Positions 41,001 through 49,489 of a stretch of DNA of 64,000 nt are shown here, piece after piece; the stretch's first letter is position 1, and the number at the start of each line of letters is the position of its first letter. The stretch is taken from the NCBI GenBank assembly GCA_051872335.1, contig JBJEDT010000025.1:131239-195238 (forward strand), written 5' to 3'. Source of the DNA: Bacilli bacterium (GTDB taxonomy: Bacteria; Bacillota_I; Bacilli_A; RFN20; CAG-826). Below the pieces are notes generated by a model. It had not been told where the DNA came from and ran no database searches. It saw only the letters and a program-made list of their open reading frames with translations. The translations under genes and the position numbers were made by a program.

Positions 41001-41622
41001 TTGGATTATTATTGTTAACACTAAAGATATCGATGATATCTCCTCTAATAGCAAATTGCATTGATTGATCAATTTTATTTACTCTAATATATCCATTATC
41101 AATTAACACTTTTTTAATATCTTCAATATTATATGAATTATCTACTTTAAAATTTAAAACCTTACTTTTAAATAATTCAGGCGAAGGTACATAACGTAAA
41201 ATAGATGCTGTATGAGTTATTAAAACATAATTATCTTTTTTTAATAATTCATCCATTACAAAAAGACGTTGAGCAAGCATTTCTTTTGAAGAAGCTACAC
41301 TTTCTACTCTTAACATTTCATCTACAGGATAAAACAAACAGTTTTCTTCTCCAATAAAGCACGATAATAAATCATAAACTTTTTGAGCATTATAAAGATT
41401 AGAAGCAATTACATTAAATTTTCCACCACTACTTTTAAAATTAGATGCTACAACAAGAGCTACTCCGATTGTATCATCCACGACAAAAGATCCCTTTTTG
41501 TTAGAAAGGGAAGATATCAATATATTCTTATTTAATAAAGAAAATAAATCGTCCAAACAATACGCTCCTTTATTAGTGGTTTTCACATTTAATAATTTAC
41601 AATAAATATACATCAATAACAA
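38092..41622 (-). CDS. mfd: Transcription-repair coupling factor
   Basis: 1176 aa. UvrB-homology N-terminus, RNAP-interacting domain, superfamily-2 helicase motifs (GDVGFGKTE, DEEQRFG) and a TRCF C-terminus. Confidence 0.95.
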   Translation of the reverse strand: MLLMYIYCKLLNVKTTNKGAYCLDDLFSLLNKNILISSLSNKKGSFVVDDTIGVALVVASNFKSSGGKFNVIASNLYNAQKVYDLLSCFIGEENCLFYPVDEMLRVESVASSKEMLAQRLFVMDELLKKDNYVLITHTASILRYVPSPELFKSKVLNFKVDNSYNIEDIKKVLIDNGYIRVNKIDQSMQFAIRGDIIDIFSVNNNNPIRMEFFDDTLESIRIFDISTQRSISKVDEVSILPSTDIILSSDEKEDFEDKIKTRLSFDITNIDCNLVNSLNDIVFRDIDLIKNNNISENLYKYYGFIQNNHYSILDYSSNSINVICNKEALLTTTDILNKEVSDFFMDQYDKGFMMGSLSMYQSLTKVLSTHQVIYCSSFASSENDIVFNARSIVGGSNTIAGALTLIESYLDRAKHIILCLSTEHQKKAIELLLDDNEIEYEQVKPFDIPNKKIGICLFALENGFELVDEQIVFLSSRELLGYQSKMSRFLNRYKSAVILKSYQDLEPGDYVVHEKNGIGKFIDVETLEVDGIHRDYLHIQYADNGVLYVPVEQFKLIRKYIGKEGAVPKLNKLNSNEWDRTKKRIKERVNTIAEKLIELYATRMQKKGFAFKEDDEFQYAFESLFPFELTSGQKEAMEEIKKDMESETPMDRLLCGDVGFGKTELAFRAAFKAINSGKQVALLCPTTLLARQHYERAVERFATFGIKIAIFSRLIPSVRQKAYLKGVEDGSIHLVIGTHKLLSKDIKYKDLGLLIVDEEQRFGVAQKEKIKELKTNVDVLSLSATPIPRTLQMSLIGIRSLSQLNSAPVNRMPIQTYVMPQDNNVIKELLERELARKGQVFYVHNNVTTIYEKATYLQSIVKGARIGIVHGQMEKDDIEDVMIKFYNGEIDVLVCTSIIETGIDIPNANMIIIENADCFGLAQLYQIKGRVGRGNRIAYAYLLYKGNKNMNDDAKKRLKAIQEFTELGSGYKIAQRDLIIRGAGDILGPEQAGFIDSVGIDMYIQLLNEALSEKKGEEKELFSNEASKILSLDAYIPSSYISKGEKIDIYKEIDEAKTFEELTELNDKVKDIYGTLPSEVELLFTKRRITLYQQGNWLKETNEYKERIDLICTKQFSNIDGMGYILFKELQKYITYLKVNFIKGEVHVSFYKKGEWIDKFEDVNKILFNLSKSNLN

Positions 41623-41719
41623 GGTAAAATATTATATGAGATAGTATCACTTATTAATTATTAAATAATAAAACAAAAACAATATTTCAATGTATTATAA
41701 ATATTTTTAACTTCCAATT

Positions 41720-42442
41720 TTATTTAGTATATATAGAATTTATTCTATTTTTTGCAATATCAAAATACTTCTTTTCCTTTTCAATACCAATAAATATTCT
41801 ATTTCTTTTCTTGGCAACATAACCTGTAGTTCCACTTCCCATAAATGGGTCTAACACAATATCTTTTTCATTGGTAGCAGAAATTATAATTCTGTCTAAT
41901 AAACATTCCGGTTTTTGAGTGGGATGATAACCAAATTTTTTTTCATTTATTTGTACAGCAGAGAGATTCCAAACATCCTGCATTTCTTCATTGTTAACTT
42001 TAAACATGTCTTTATAATTAAAAGTCTTATTTTTCCCCTTACTAGCCCATATAATGAACTCATAAGAAAATCTAAATTTATTTTTATATATTAATGGTGG
42101 TGGATCAATCTTATGCCAAATAATAATATTAATGATTCTGAATCCAATTTTTTTCATTTGTTGCTGAACATCAAAAATATTATGTTGAGTTCCACTCACC
42201 CAAATTGTTCCACCAACTTTTAATAATCTATAACATTCACTTAACCATTCATAGTTAAATTTACTAATATCCTCATAACGAGAGGCTTTATCCCATTCAC
42301 CTTTATTGACTGACACAACTCTACCATTATGAATAGATAAACCGCCATTAGATAAAAAATATGGTGGATCTGCAAACACCATATCTATTTTATTTGAAGG
42401 CATAGTCTTCATTACTTTAATACAATCATCGTTATATAACAT
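41720..42442 (-). CDS. DNA N6-adenine methyltransferase, beta class, second DpnA-like paralog
   Basis: FADPPYFL motif IV and a C-terminal SAM motif (LDPFMGSGTTG). Paralogous to the methyltransferase at 43415..44203. Confidence 0.8.
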   Translation of the reverse strand: MLYNDDCIKVMKTMPSNKIDMVFADPPYFLSNGGLSIHNGRVVSVNKGEWDKASRYEDISKFNYEWLSECYRLLKVGGTIWVSGTQHNIFDVQQQMKKIGFRIINIIIWHKIDPPPLIYKNKFRFSYEFIIWASKGKNKTFNYKDMFKVNNEEMQDVWNLSAVQINEKKFGYHPTQKPECLLDRIIISATNEKDIVLDPFMGSGTTGYVAKKRNRIFIGIEKEKKYFDIAKNRINSIYTK

Positions 42443-42519
42443 AAAAAGTCCTCACAATAATTATTTAGCAAAAATTTAAATTTTTCCTAAAAATATTTTA
42501 AGAACTTATGATGTGTTTA

Positions 42520-43410
42520 TTAGATTCTTACTAAATTTAAAAGTTTATACAAAGCTCCATCTTCTAAATCTTTTAGATTGTACATTGTTGGTAAAACATC
42601 AAAAGTTTCTTCTAAATTATGTTTTGCCGTGTTCCAGCCAATGCCATCAGTAAACCAAACAAAGGTAAATCCATCTATTTGTTTTGATTCAATAGCTAAG
42701 TTCTTATAACTTCTCGCAGTTTCATTTAATTTAGAACCACTACTTCCATAAAAATTACACTCGCATGCATATACATGATTATTAACATATAAAACAAAAT
42801 CAAATCTTTTTTCTGTTTTTCCTTGATTACTTATACAATTTAAGTCTAAATTAAATTTCTCTTCAATTTCGGATTTAGTCATTTCTTTAAAATAAGAAAC
42901 TCCTTTTACCAAACCATATTTAACTAAATAAGATTCAACTAAATCTTCCATTGCATCACCAGTTCTATTTTTTCTTCCATTAGTATCCATACCAACTTCT
43001 ACACCAGTTACATAATCAACTAAATTATTTATAATATGATTTTCTAACAAATCAAATAGGCCTGTTTCTCGCATAAAATATTTGCACTCTTCATAATGGC
43101 AGTAAGAATTATTTGAATATTGATTGTAGTCAAATTTATATATTTTTGCTCCATTTCCATCTTGACAATAAATTTCTTTTTCTCGTTTAGCAATCAAAAT
43201 TGGAATAACTCTTAAAATATCAGGATATTTTCCTAAAAGGTTTTCAAAATCCTGCTCAATATGTTTACTACCAATTAAAGAATTTAATATATTTAATTCT
43301 ACCTTTATATTGTCAACGTTTGCATAGCATTTATCAAAATCAACATAGTATTTATACGTTGCAATTGTATCTTTCATTGTAGATAGCCATTCATTAAATT
43401 TTCTTTCCAT
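42520..43410 (-). CDS. DpnII/MboI-family type II restriction endonuclease (predicted GATC specificity)
   Basis: Blocks that I recall as near-identical to S. pneumoniae DpnB: NEWLSTM, VDYVTGVEVGMDTNGRKNRTGDAME, GSKLNETARSYK. This rests on recalled homology and was not computed. Confidence 0.75.
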   Translation of the reverse strand: MERKFNEWLSTMKDTIATYKYYVDFDKCYANVDNIKVELNILNSLIGSKHIEQDFENLLGKYPDILRVIPILIAKREKEIYCQDGNGAKIYKFDYNQYSNNSYCHYEECKYFMRETGLFDLLENHIINNLVDYVTGVEVGMDTNGRKNRTGDAMEDLVESYLVKYGLVKGVSYFKEMTKSEIEEKFNLDLNCISNQGKTEKRFDFVLYVNNHVYACECNFYGSSGSKLNETARSYKNLAIESKQIDGFTFVWFTDGIGWNTAKHNLEETFDVLPTMYNLKDLEDGALYKLLNLVRI

Positions 43411-43414
43411 TTAT

Positions 43415-44203
43415 TTATTCCTCCTGTTTATTTATTAATTCTAAATATCTTCTTTTTGTTAATTCACAATACTCTAATTCTTTCTCAATACCAATATATC
43501 TTCTATTTAATTTTAAACTAACTAATCCAGTTGTGCCACTACCATTAAAAGGATCTAGTACTAAATCTCCTTCATTAGTAGAAGCTAAAATAATTCTTTT
43601 AAGTAACGCTAATGGCTTTTGAGTAGGATGTTTGCCATATTTTTTTTCTTCTTTTGTTGGTAAAGGAATCAACCAAACATCTTTCATTTGCTTGCCACCA
43701 TTAGTTTCTTTCATCAAGAAATAATTAAATATATGTTTCCCTTTTTTCTTTGGAGTTAATTGCTTTCTTGCCCATAAAATTGTTTCAGTAGAATTTGTAA
43801 AACATCTGCAAGCTAAATTAGGAGCAGGATTGGGTTTTTGCCAAGTTATATTATTAATAATTGAAAATCCTTCTAATTCTAAAGCCATACCAATAACATA
43901 AATATTATGAAATGTCCCACTAATCCAGATAGTACCATTATCTTTTAGTACATTCCTACATAGTCGAATCCATTTTCTATTAAAGTCTATTTTCTCTTCA
44001 ATTGTTATTGATTTATCCCATGCACCTTTATCAACTGATACTTGTTTTCCAGAATGACAAGATACGCCACCACTTGATAAAAAGTAAGGTGGATCAGCAA
44101 ATATCATATCCACCGATTGTGGCTTTAACAATTTTAATATTTTAAAACAATCATCATTATATAAAGTAAAATCATTTTCGTTTATAAATATTGTTTTATT
44201 CAT
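43415..44203 (-). CDS. DNA N6-adenine methyltransferase, DpnA-like (beta class)
   Basis: IFADPPYFLS, NNITWQKPNPAPNL and GKHPTQKP resemble DpnA closely. Confidence 0.85.
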   Translation of the reverse strand: MNKTIFINENDFTLYNDDCFKILKLLKPQSVDMIFADPPYFLSSGGVSCHSGKQVSVDKGAWDKSITIEEKIDFNRKWIRLCRNVLKDNGTIWISGTFHNIYVIGMALELEGFSIINNITWQKPNPAPNLACRCFTNSTETILWARKQLTPKKKGKHIFNYFLMKETNGGKQMKDVWLIPLPTKEEKKYGKHPTQKPLALLKRIILASTNEGDLVLDPFNGSGTTGLVSLKLNRRYIGIEKELEYCELTKRRYLELINKQEE

Positions 44204-45245
44204 AATTAGTAATAATCACTTCTTCTACTTCACCACGGCCATCTGCTTTTGCATTAATCATTCTTTTTGCAGGCACGACAGTAATATGAAATCCTTTATA
44301 TAATTCATTAATAAACTTTGTATTATGATTGCTTAACATTAAATATACACCTTTTTTTGATAATTCCTTAAAAACATTAGCAAGTCTAATTTGCTCATCT
44401 TTTCCAAATGAATTTTTATCATAAGCAGTGAAACTTTCCTTCTCGTCCCATGAATCATATGGTGGATCAAAATAAACAAAATCCCCCGCTTTTGCATTTT
44501 TAACTGCAACTTCAAAATCAACATTAGTAATAACAGGCTTTCTATTTTTAAAAAAGATATTTAAATTATCAAATGTTTTTCTATCAAAACAATTAATATA
44601 TTTTTTCTTACCAGATGGAACATTAAAATAGCCTTTTGAATTAACTCTATATAATCCATTAAAACAAGCTTTGTTAAGATATATCATTCTTCCTGCTCTT
44701 ACATGAATTGGAAGTTTATTGAAGTCATCTAATTTATCCATTTCTCTAACACGATAATAATATTCTTCAGAATGATTAACTTCATGTTTTAGTAATTCTT
44801 CTTTTAGCAATGAGAACAACTGATTATCTTCTAAACATTTATAAACACAAATAAGTTCTTCATTAGCATCATTAATAGAAAATGCTTTCGGTTGTAATTT
44901 AAATAATAAAGCTCCACCACCTACAAATGGTTCAAAATATCTATTGAATGATTCAGGTAAATGAGATTCAATAACATCCAAGAGTTGTGTTTTTCCACCA
45001 GCCCATTTCACAAAGGGATGAACTTCCAAATTCTTTACTTCTCTAACAGGCACTAATTTCATTCCTAATGCATCATATATTTTTGCAATAGTATTAAATG
45101 TAACACCAGTAACAGTTCCTTTTTCTATTTTTGATAATTGTGCTCTATCCATACCACATAAAAAAGATAATTGCTCTTGAGACAATCCCGCTTGAATTCT
45201 AAAATTACGAATATCATTTCCTAAAGAAGCTAGCATCATTTCCAT
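44196..45245 (-). CDS. Dam/DpnM-family N6-adenine methyltransferase (alpha class) with an N-terminal XRE-type HTH domain
   Basis: KWAGGK, FEPFVGGGA and DPPY motifs in DpnM-like order, preceded by an HTH of roughly 85 aa (IRNFRIQAGLSQEQLSFLCGMDRAQLSKIEKG). The real start is probably MEMMLAS, which is preceded by an AAGGAGA ribosome-binding site. Confidence 0.85.
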   Translation of the reverse strand: MEMMLASLGNDIRNFRIQAGLSQEQLSFLCGMDRAQLSKIEKGTVTGVTFNTIAKIYDALGMKLVPVREVKNLEVHPFVKWAGGKTQLLDVIESHLPESFNRYFEPFVGGGALLFKLQPKAFSINDANEELICVYKCLEDNQLFSLLKEELLKHEVNHSEEYYYRVREMDKLDDFNKLPIHVRAGRMIYLNKACFNGLYRVNSKGYFNVPSGKKKYINCFDRKTFDNLNIFFKNRKPVITNVDFEVAVKNAKAGDFVYFDPPYDSWDEKESFTAYDKNSFGKDEQIRLANVFKELSKKGVYLMLSNHNTKFINELYKGFHITVVPAKRMINAKADGRGEVEEVIITNYE

Positions 45246-45299
45246 ATAAAAATCTCCTTGTATTACTATCAAGAAAATCTTATCATAATTCGTTAGATT

Positions 45300-45317
45300 T
45301 GTGTATAAAAATACACA
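45300..45317. promoter_or_regulatory. Palindrome TGTGTAT-aaaa-ATACACA upstream of the HTH-methyltransferase gene, a candidate operator
   Basis: Perfect 7-bp arms lying about 55-70 nt upstream of the methyltransferase start codon. Confidence 0.4.
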
Positions 45318-45333
45318 CCATTTTTTTAATATT

Positions 45334-47190
45334 TTATTTATAGAGTTTAATTATTAAGTCTTCTTTTTCACTATCCCTTGATGTTCTAACTACTTCAAAT
45401 TCATCACTAAAATATGTACTTACTATACTAGCTAATAAGTATTTATTCCATGGATAAGATAAATGAGGATATCCATGAGTATGATTCTCGATTTCTTTTG
45501 GATTATATTCGCCAAATCTAGCTACTAATAATCTAATGTTTTTCCTAATAATATCTAATTTATTGTTAGGAATTTTTAACATTTCTTTTGAAATTACTGT
45601 ATCACCACTTATTTGAATGTATTTTTTTTGATCATCCGTATAATAAAAATCATTTCTTAAACCATCATATATAATACATTCATTTTCGTACCATTCATGT
45701 GTTCTATCGGCAAGTTTTGTTGCTTTTTCTATAGTTAAATAAGATATGATTTCGCCATAATTATAAAATAAATATTCTTTAACCAATTCGAAGTTTTCTT
45801 CGAGAAGATACAGATAATATTTAAATTTAAACTTTGTTTCCTTATTCAATATTTCTTGTAAAATTTCATCATCATTCATTTTCTTTTTTGCAAATAATTT
45901 TGGCGTTCTCTTAAAGTAATATTTATCAACAATTATATGATCTAATTTACTTAGATTTTCTAATTCATCAATTCTTAATACTTTACCAATTTCCATAATT
46001 CTTTCTTCAATAATATTATCAACAGAAGTCGATGTTGAATCATAGATTATATCCAAATCTTTGTCATATTTAATTGGGTAACATCCGTATTTTATTGCTG
46101 AAAATATAAATTTATAAAACAAAGAATAAGGAACCCATATATCCTGGTCATTATAAGGTAATCTTTTTAAAGATTTTTCTAGATCCAAACAAGAACAAAA
46201 TGTTTTATTTTCATCAAAAGCATTATAAAAATAAGCTAGAATTTCATTACCAAAGCAACCCACAGTCTCGTTATAATATTTATAAAATTCATCAATCCTA
46301 TTTAATACTTCTTTAATAGTAATTGAGAAGCGCTTAGCAATTTCAGCTAAAGATAATGGTTCACCTAAAAATCCATTATACAAATAGATAATTTTTTGAG
46401 TTAATTCATCTTTATATTTGGTAAAAGTATAATTTATCTGCATAAAAAATTTTGAATAAGACAAATTATAAAAGAAATACTTGTCGTAGTCATTTTCTCT
46501 AGGCATTAACATACTTTGTATTTCATTTTTATCATACATATTAAAATCTCTCATATGTGTAATACCATTAATAAAAAGGATTTTACGTGTTAGTGGATTT
46601 TCAATAAATGCATCTGTTGGAATCAAACCATATTCTTTAAACTTAAATTCACTAAAAGAACAATAATACTTACTTCTACTAATGAATTCTAAAAAGGCAC
46701 CTGCTATATTCTCATAACTTGAGTGTTCTTGCTTATAACGCATGATAAAAATAAGTGCTACTGATTTATTATCTGTAATACCTAATTCTCGAACACTATT
46801 AGCATACAATAATAAAAGATCATCTAGATTATTATGTGGTCCCCATTCATCATATTTATTTAAATCTAAATGAAATGTCTTTAAAAAGAAATCATTAATA
46901 TCTACCAATGATATTTTATCATCTTCAACTCTAAAATCTTTATTATTAATAAAATAATTCTTAAAAGCATCTGCATCAAGTTTTACTTCATATCCTTTTT
47001 GAATTGCTTCTTGAAAATCACTTAATAATAACGTTTTAGATTTACCTTTTAAACTATCTTGTTTATCAAATAAAGCATTAATAATTAAGCTATTAAGATA
47101 ATCAATGCTAAAATTTATTTTTTTATAATGCTTTTCAGCTTCTTCGATGTTTTCTTTTGTAAAAAATAATAAATCTTCTTTGTTAATCAT
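45334..47190 (-). CDS. Large hypothetical protein (618 aa) flanking the RM island, with an internal sigma-70 region-4-like HTH
   Basis: No confident family recognised. The segment LSLAEIAKRFSITIKEVLNRIDEF resembles sigma70_r4 HTH. Confidence 0.3.
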   Translation of the reverse strand: MINKEDLLFFTKENIEEAEKHYKKINFSIDYLNSLIINALFDKQDSLKGKSKTLLLSDFQEAIQKGYEVKLDADAFKNYFINNKDFRVEDDKISLVDINDFFLKTFHLDLNKYDEWGPHNNLDDLLLLYANSVRELGITDNKSVALIFIMRYKQEHSSYENIAGAFLEFISRSKYYCSFSEFKFKEYGLIPTDAFIENPLTRKILFINGITHMRDFNMYDKNEIQSMLMPRENDYDKYFFYNLSYSKFFMQINYTFTKYKDELTQKIIYLYNGFLGEPLSLAEIAKRFSITIKEVLNRIDEFYKYYNETVGCFGNEILAYFYNAFDENKTFCSCLDLEKSLKRLPYNDQDIWVPYSLFYKFIFSAIKYGCYPIKYDKDLDIIYDSTSTSVDNIIEERIMEIGKVLRIDELENLSKLDHIIVDKYYFKRTPKLFAKKKMNDDEILQEILNKETKFKFKYYLYLLEENFELVKEYLFYNYGEIISYLTIEKATKLADRTHEWYENECIIYDGLRNDFYYTDDQKKYIQISGDTVISKEMLKIPNNKLDIIRKNIRLLVARFGEYNPKEIENHTHGYPHLSYPWNKYLLASIVSTYFSDEFEVVRTSRDSEKEDLIIKLYK

Positions 47191-47234
47191 AAACTATATA
47201 CCTTCTTTCTATGAATAATAAATAACGGAGGGCT

Positions 47235-47291
47235 AGTGGATGGACTATAAGGAGACGGTTATCGAAAGGAGGATTGTGTCCATCCACTAGT
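47235..47291. repeat. 13-bp perfect inverted repeat (ctagtggatggac / gtccatccactag) with a 31-nt loop, lying in the 5' leader of the 618-aa gene
   Basis: Seen directly in the DNA. The loop carries two AGGAG elements. No flanking T-run, so it is unlikely to be a terminator. Confidence 0.5.
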
Positions 47292-47475
47292 AAAATGAAA
47301 CTAAAAATTTAAAGCTTTTTGATTTCACGATTGCATTATACTAAAAAAAGAAATTAAAAAAAATAGGTCAGGACAATACAACATTTCAAATAGTTTAAGA
47401 AAATTCTTATATATTTTTATACTTCGTATAAAATATATAAATTGTGGTATATAAAGTTTTAAATACTTGTAAAAA

Positions 47476-47507
47476 AAGTATTAAGAACAATTTCTTAATA
47501 CTTATAA
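47476..47507 (-). terminator. Rho-independent terminator of the iron-sulfur flavoprotein gene
   Basis: agtattaagaa-caat-ttcttaatact hairpin, followed on the minus strand by TTTTTTT. Confidence 0.6.
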
Positions 47508-47518
47508 ATAATAATATT

Positions 47519-48058
47519 TTAATTTATAGCTTTGCCTATATTATAAGCTTTAATTAAAGATTCTTTATTTATTATATCACCTGGAGAAGTGACTCCTCCT
47601 TGGAAAATAACGTCTTTTATTTGACATTTAGGATAACATTCAACCCAGCCTTCTAATCCACTTAATGCTTTTTTATAGGTTTCAAGTTCATCCTCTGCTG
47701 CAGTAGCAATAAAATATATATCTCTAAATTTATAATCTTTATAAAACATAGAATTGCATCTATCTAATAATGTTTTCATAGCTCCACTCATTTCATAGTA
47801 ATAAATTGGTGTTGCAAATACGATAACATCTGATTCAACCATTTTATCAGCAATTTCAATAGCGTCATCATTAATTACACAATGTCCTAAACTACCACAA
47901 ACTAAACATCCTCTACAAAATGCAATATTTTTATTTTTTAAAGAAATGATTTCTACTTCATTATTATTAACTTTCACACCTTTAGCAAATTCATTTGCTA
48001 AAGCTTCTGAATTGCTATTTTCTCTTAAACTAGTAGATATTATTAATACTTTTTTCAT
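47519..48058 (-). CDS. Iron-sulfur flavoprotein / NADPH-dependent FMN reductase-like (flavodoxin fold)
   Basis: Flavodoxin-like N-terminus (MKKVLIISTSLRENSNSEAL) and a Cys cluster (CRGCLVCGSLGHC). Confidence 0.65.
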   Translation of the reverse strand: MKKVLIISTSLRENSNSEALANEFAKGVKVNNNEVEIISLKNKNIAFCRGCLVCGSLGHCVINDDAIEIADKMVESDVIVFATPIYYYEMSGAMKTLLDRCNSMFYKDYKFRDIYFIATAAEDELETYKKALSGLEGWVECYPKCQIKDVIFQGGVTSPGDIINKESLIKAYNIGKAIN

Positions 48059-48073
48059 ACTTAGATATTTCCC

Positions 48074-48933
48074 TTATTTCATATTCTTTCTTTGTTCAAG
48101 AAGTTTTAAAAAGAACTCAACAGTATTTGGATCTTGATGTGAAAAGAATGAACTTGTTTTAGTATCAAGTGCATTAATTGTTTCCATATCTTCTAACGTT
48201 AAATAAAAATCAAATACATCAAAATTTTGTTCCATTCTATCTTTATGAACAGTTTTAGGAATAACAACAACTCCTCTTTGTATTAACCATCTTAAAATAG
48301 TTTGAGCAACTGTTTTATGATATTTTTCTCCTATAGCTTTTATAGTTGGATTATTAAACATATCATTGCGACCTTCTCCAAATGGTCCCCATGATTCAAT
48401 TTGACAATTGTATTTCTCTAACCATTTTTGTGCATCTTGTTGTTGATTTAATGGATGAGTTTCAATTTGATTAACCATAGGTTTAATATTTACAAAAGCT
48501 TGAAGATCTACAAATCTATCAGGATAAAAATTAGATATACCTATTGCCCTAACTTTACCTTTTCTATAAAGTTCTTCTAAAGCACGATAAGCACCATAAT
48601 AATCAGCAAACGGTTGATGTAATAAAACTAAATCAATGTAATCAACTTGCAATTTTCTCATTGATTCAATAACAGATTTATAAGCTTCTTCATATCCATA
48701 ATGTTCAATCCATATTTTAGTTGTTAAAAAGATTTCTTCACGTGGAATTCCGCTTTCTTTGATAGTTGGCCTACTTCTTCTTCATTAAAATAAGCTTGTG
48801 CTGTATCAATAAGACGATACCCAACACTTAGGGCATCTAGAACACATCTTTTGCAATCTTCTTTTGATACTTGATATACTCCATATCCTAGTATTGGCAT
48901 CTTTACACCATTATTTAATGTTACATATTCCAT
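48074..48933 (-). pseudogene. Aldo/keto reductase interrupted by a frameshift near position 48790 (currently ORFs 48724..48933 and 48074..48661)
   Basis: The N-terminal AKR piece ends ...[11 protein letters not shown]. The continuing sequence [19 protein letters not shown]...LQVDYIDLVLLHQP is in a different frame. Confidence 0.65.
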
Positions 48934-49017
48934 ATATATTTACCTCCTAGTTATTCTTTGATAAAATAATTATAGAACCCGATAGTAACTATCGGTCAAT
49001 AGGTAAGGTGAAATTTT

Positions 49018-49425
49018 ATGTATTCAATGAAAGAAGCTTGTGAAATGTTTAATATGAATTATCAAACTTTAAAATTTTATTGTAATGAAGGTTTAATCCC
49101 AAATGTGAAAAGAGATGAAAATAATTATCGAATATTCGATGAGAAAGATATTGAATGGTTACGTGTAATTATGTGTCTAAAAAATTGTGGGATGAGTATC
49201 AAAGAAATGAAAGAATATGTCAATCTATGTTTAAATGGAAATAGTACAATTCCACAAAGAAAGCAATTACTTTGTGAAAAGAAAAAGAATCTTGAAGCAC
49301 TACAACAACAAATTCAAGATTCGATTAATTTTATTGATAAGAAACAAAAATACTATGATGAGATTTTAAGTGGAAATAAAGTTGATACATCTGATTTAAG
49401 TAAACCCATTAACAAAGCTAAATAA
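49018..49425 (+). CDS. MerR-family transcriptional regulator
   Basis: N-terminal MerR HTH (YSMKEACEMFNMNYQTLKFYCNEGLI) followed by a coiled-coil. Divergent from the AKR/flavoprotein genes. Confidence 0.8.
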   Translation: MYSMKEACEMFNMNYQTLKFYCNEGLIPNVKRDENNYRIFDEKDIEWLRVIMCLKNCGMSIKEMKEYVNLCLNGNSTIPQRKQLLCEKKKNLEALQQQIQDSINFIDKKQKYYDEILSGNKVDTSDLSKPINKAK

Positions 49426-49446
49426 TAATTAAAAATAAAGGAGATT

Positions 49447-49478
49447 GTCTAGTAACGATCTCCTTTATTTATTATTTA
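49447..49478. terminator. Bidirectional hairpin terminator between the MerR gene and dfx
   Basis: aaggagat-(loop)-atctcctt, with T-rich tracts on both sides. Confidence 0.5.
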
Positions 49479-49489
49479 ATTATTAATCA

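Noticed and set aside
44339-44524. 61-aa minus-strand ORF
   Set aside because: Alternative frame inside the HTH-Dam methyltransferase gene.
41623-47518. Prophage or integrative element carrying the RM island
   Set aside because: No integrase, recombinase, transposase or tRNA attachment site is visible in or near the island. The acquisition mechanism is therefore unknown. Only the 13-bp inverted repeat at 47235-47291 hints at a boundary.
47946-48137. 63-aa plus-strand ORF
   Set aside because: Antisense across the flavoprotein start and intergenic region. No support.
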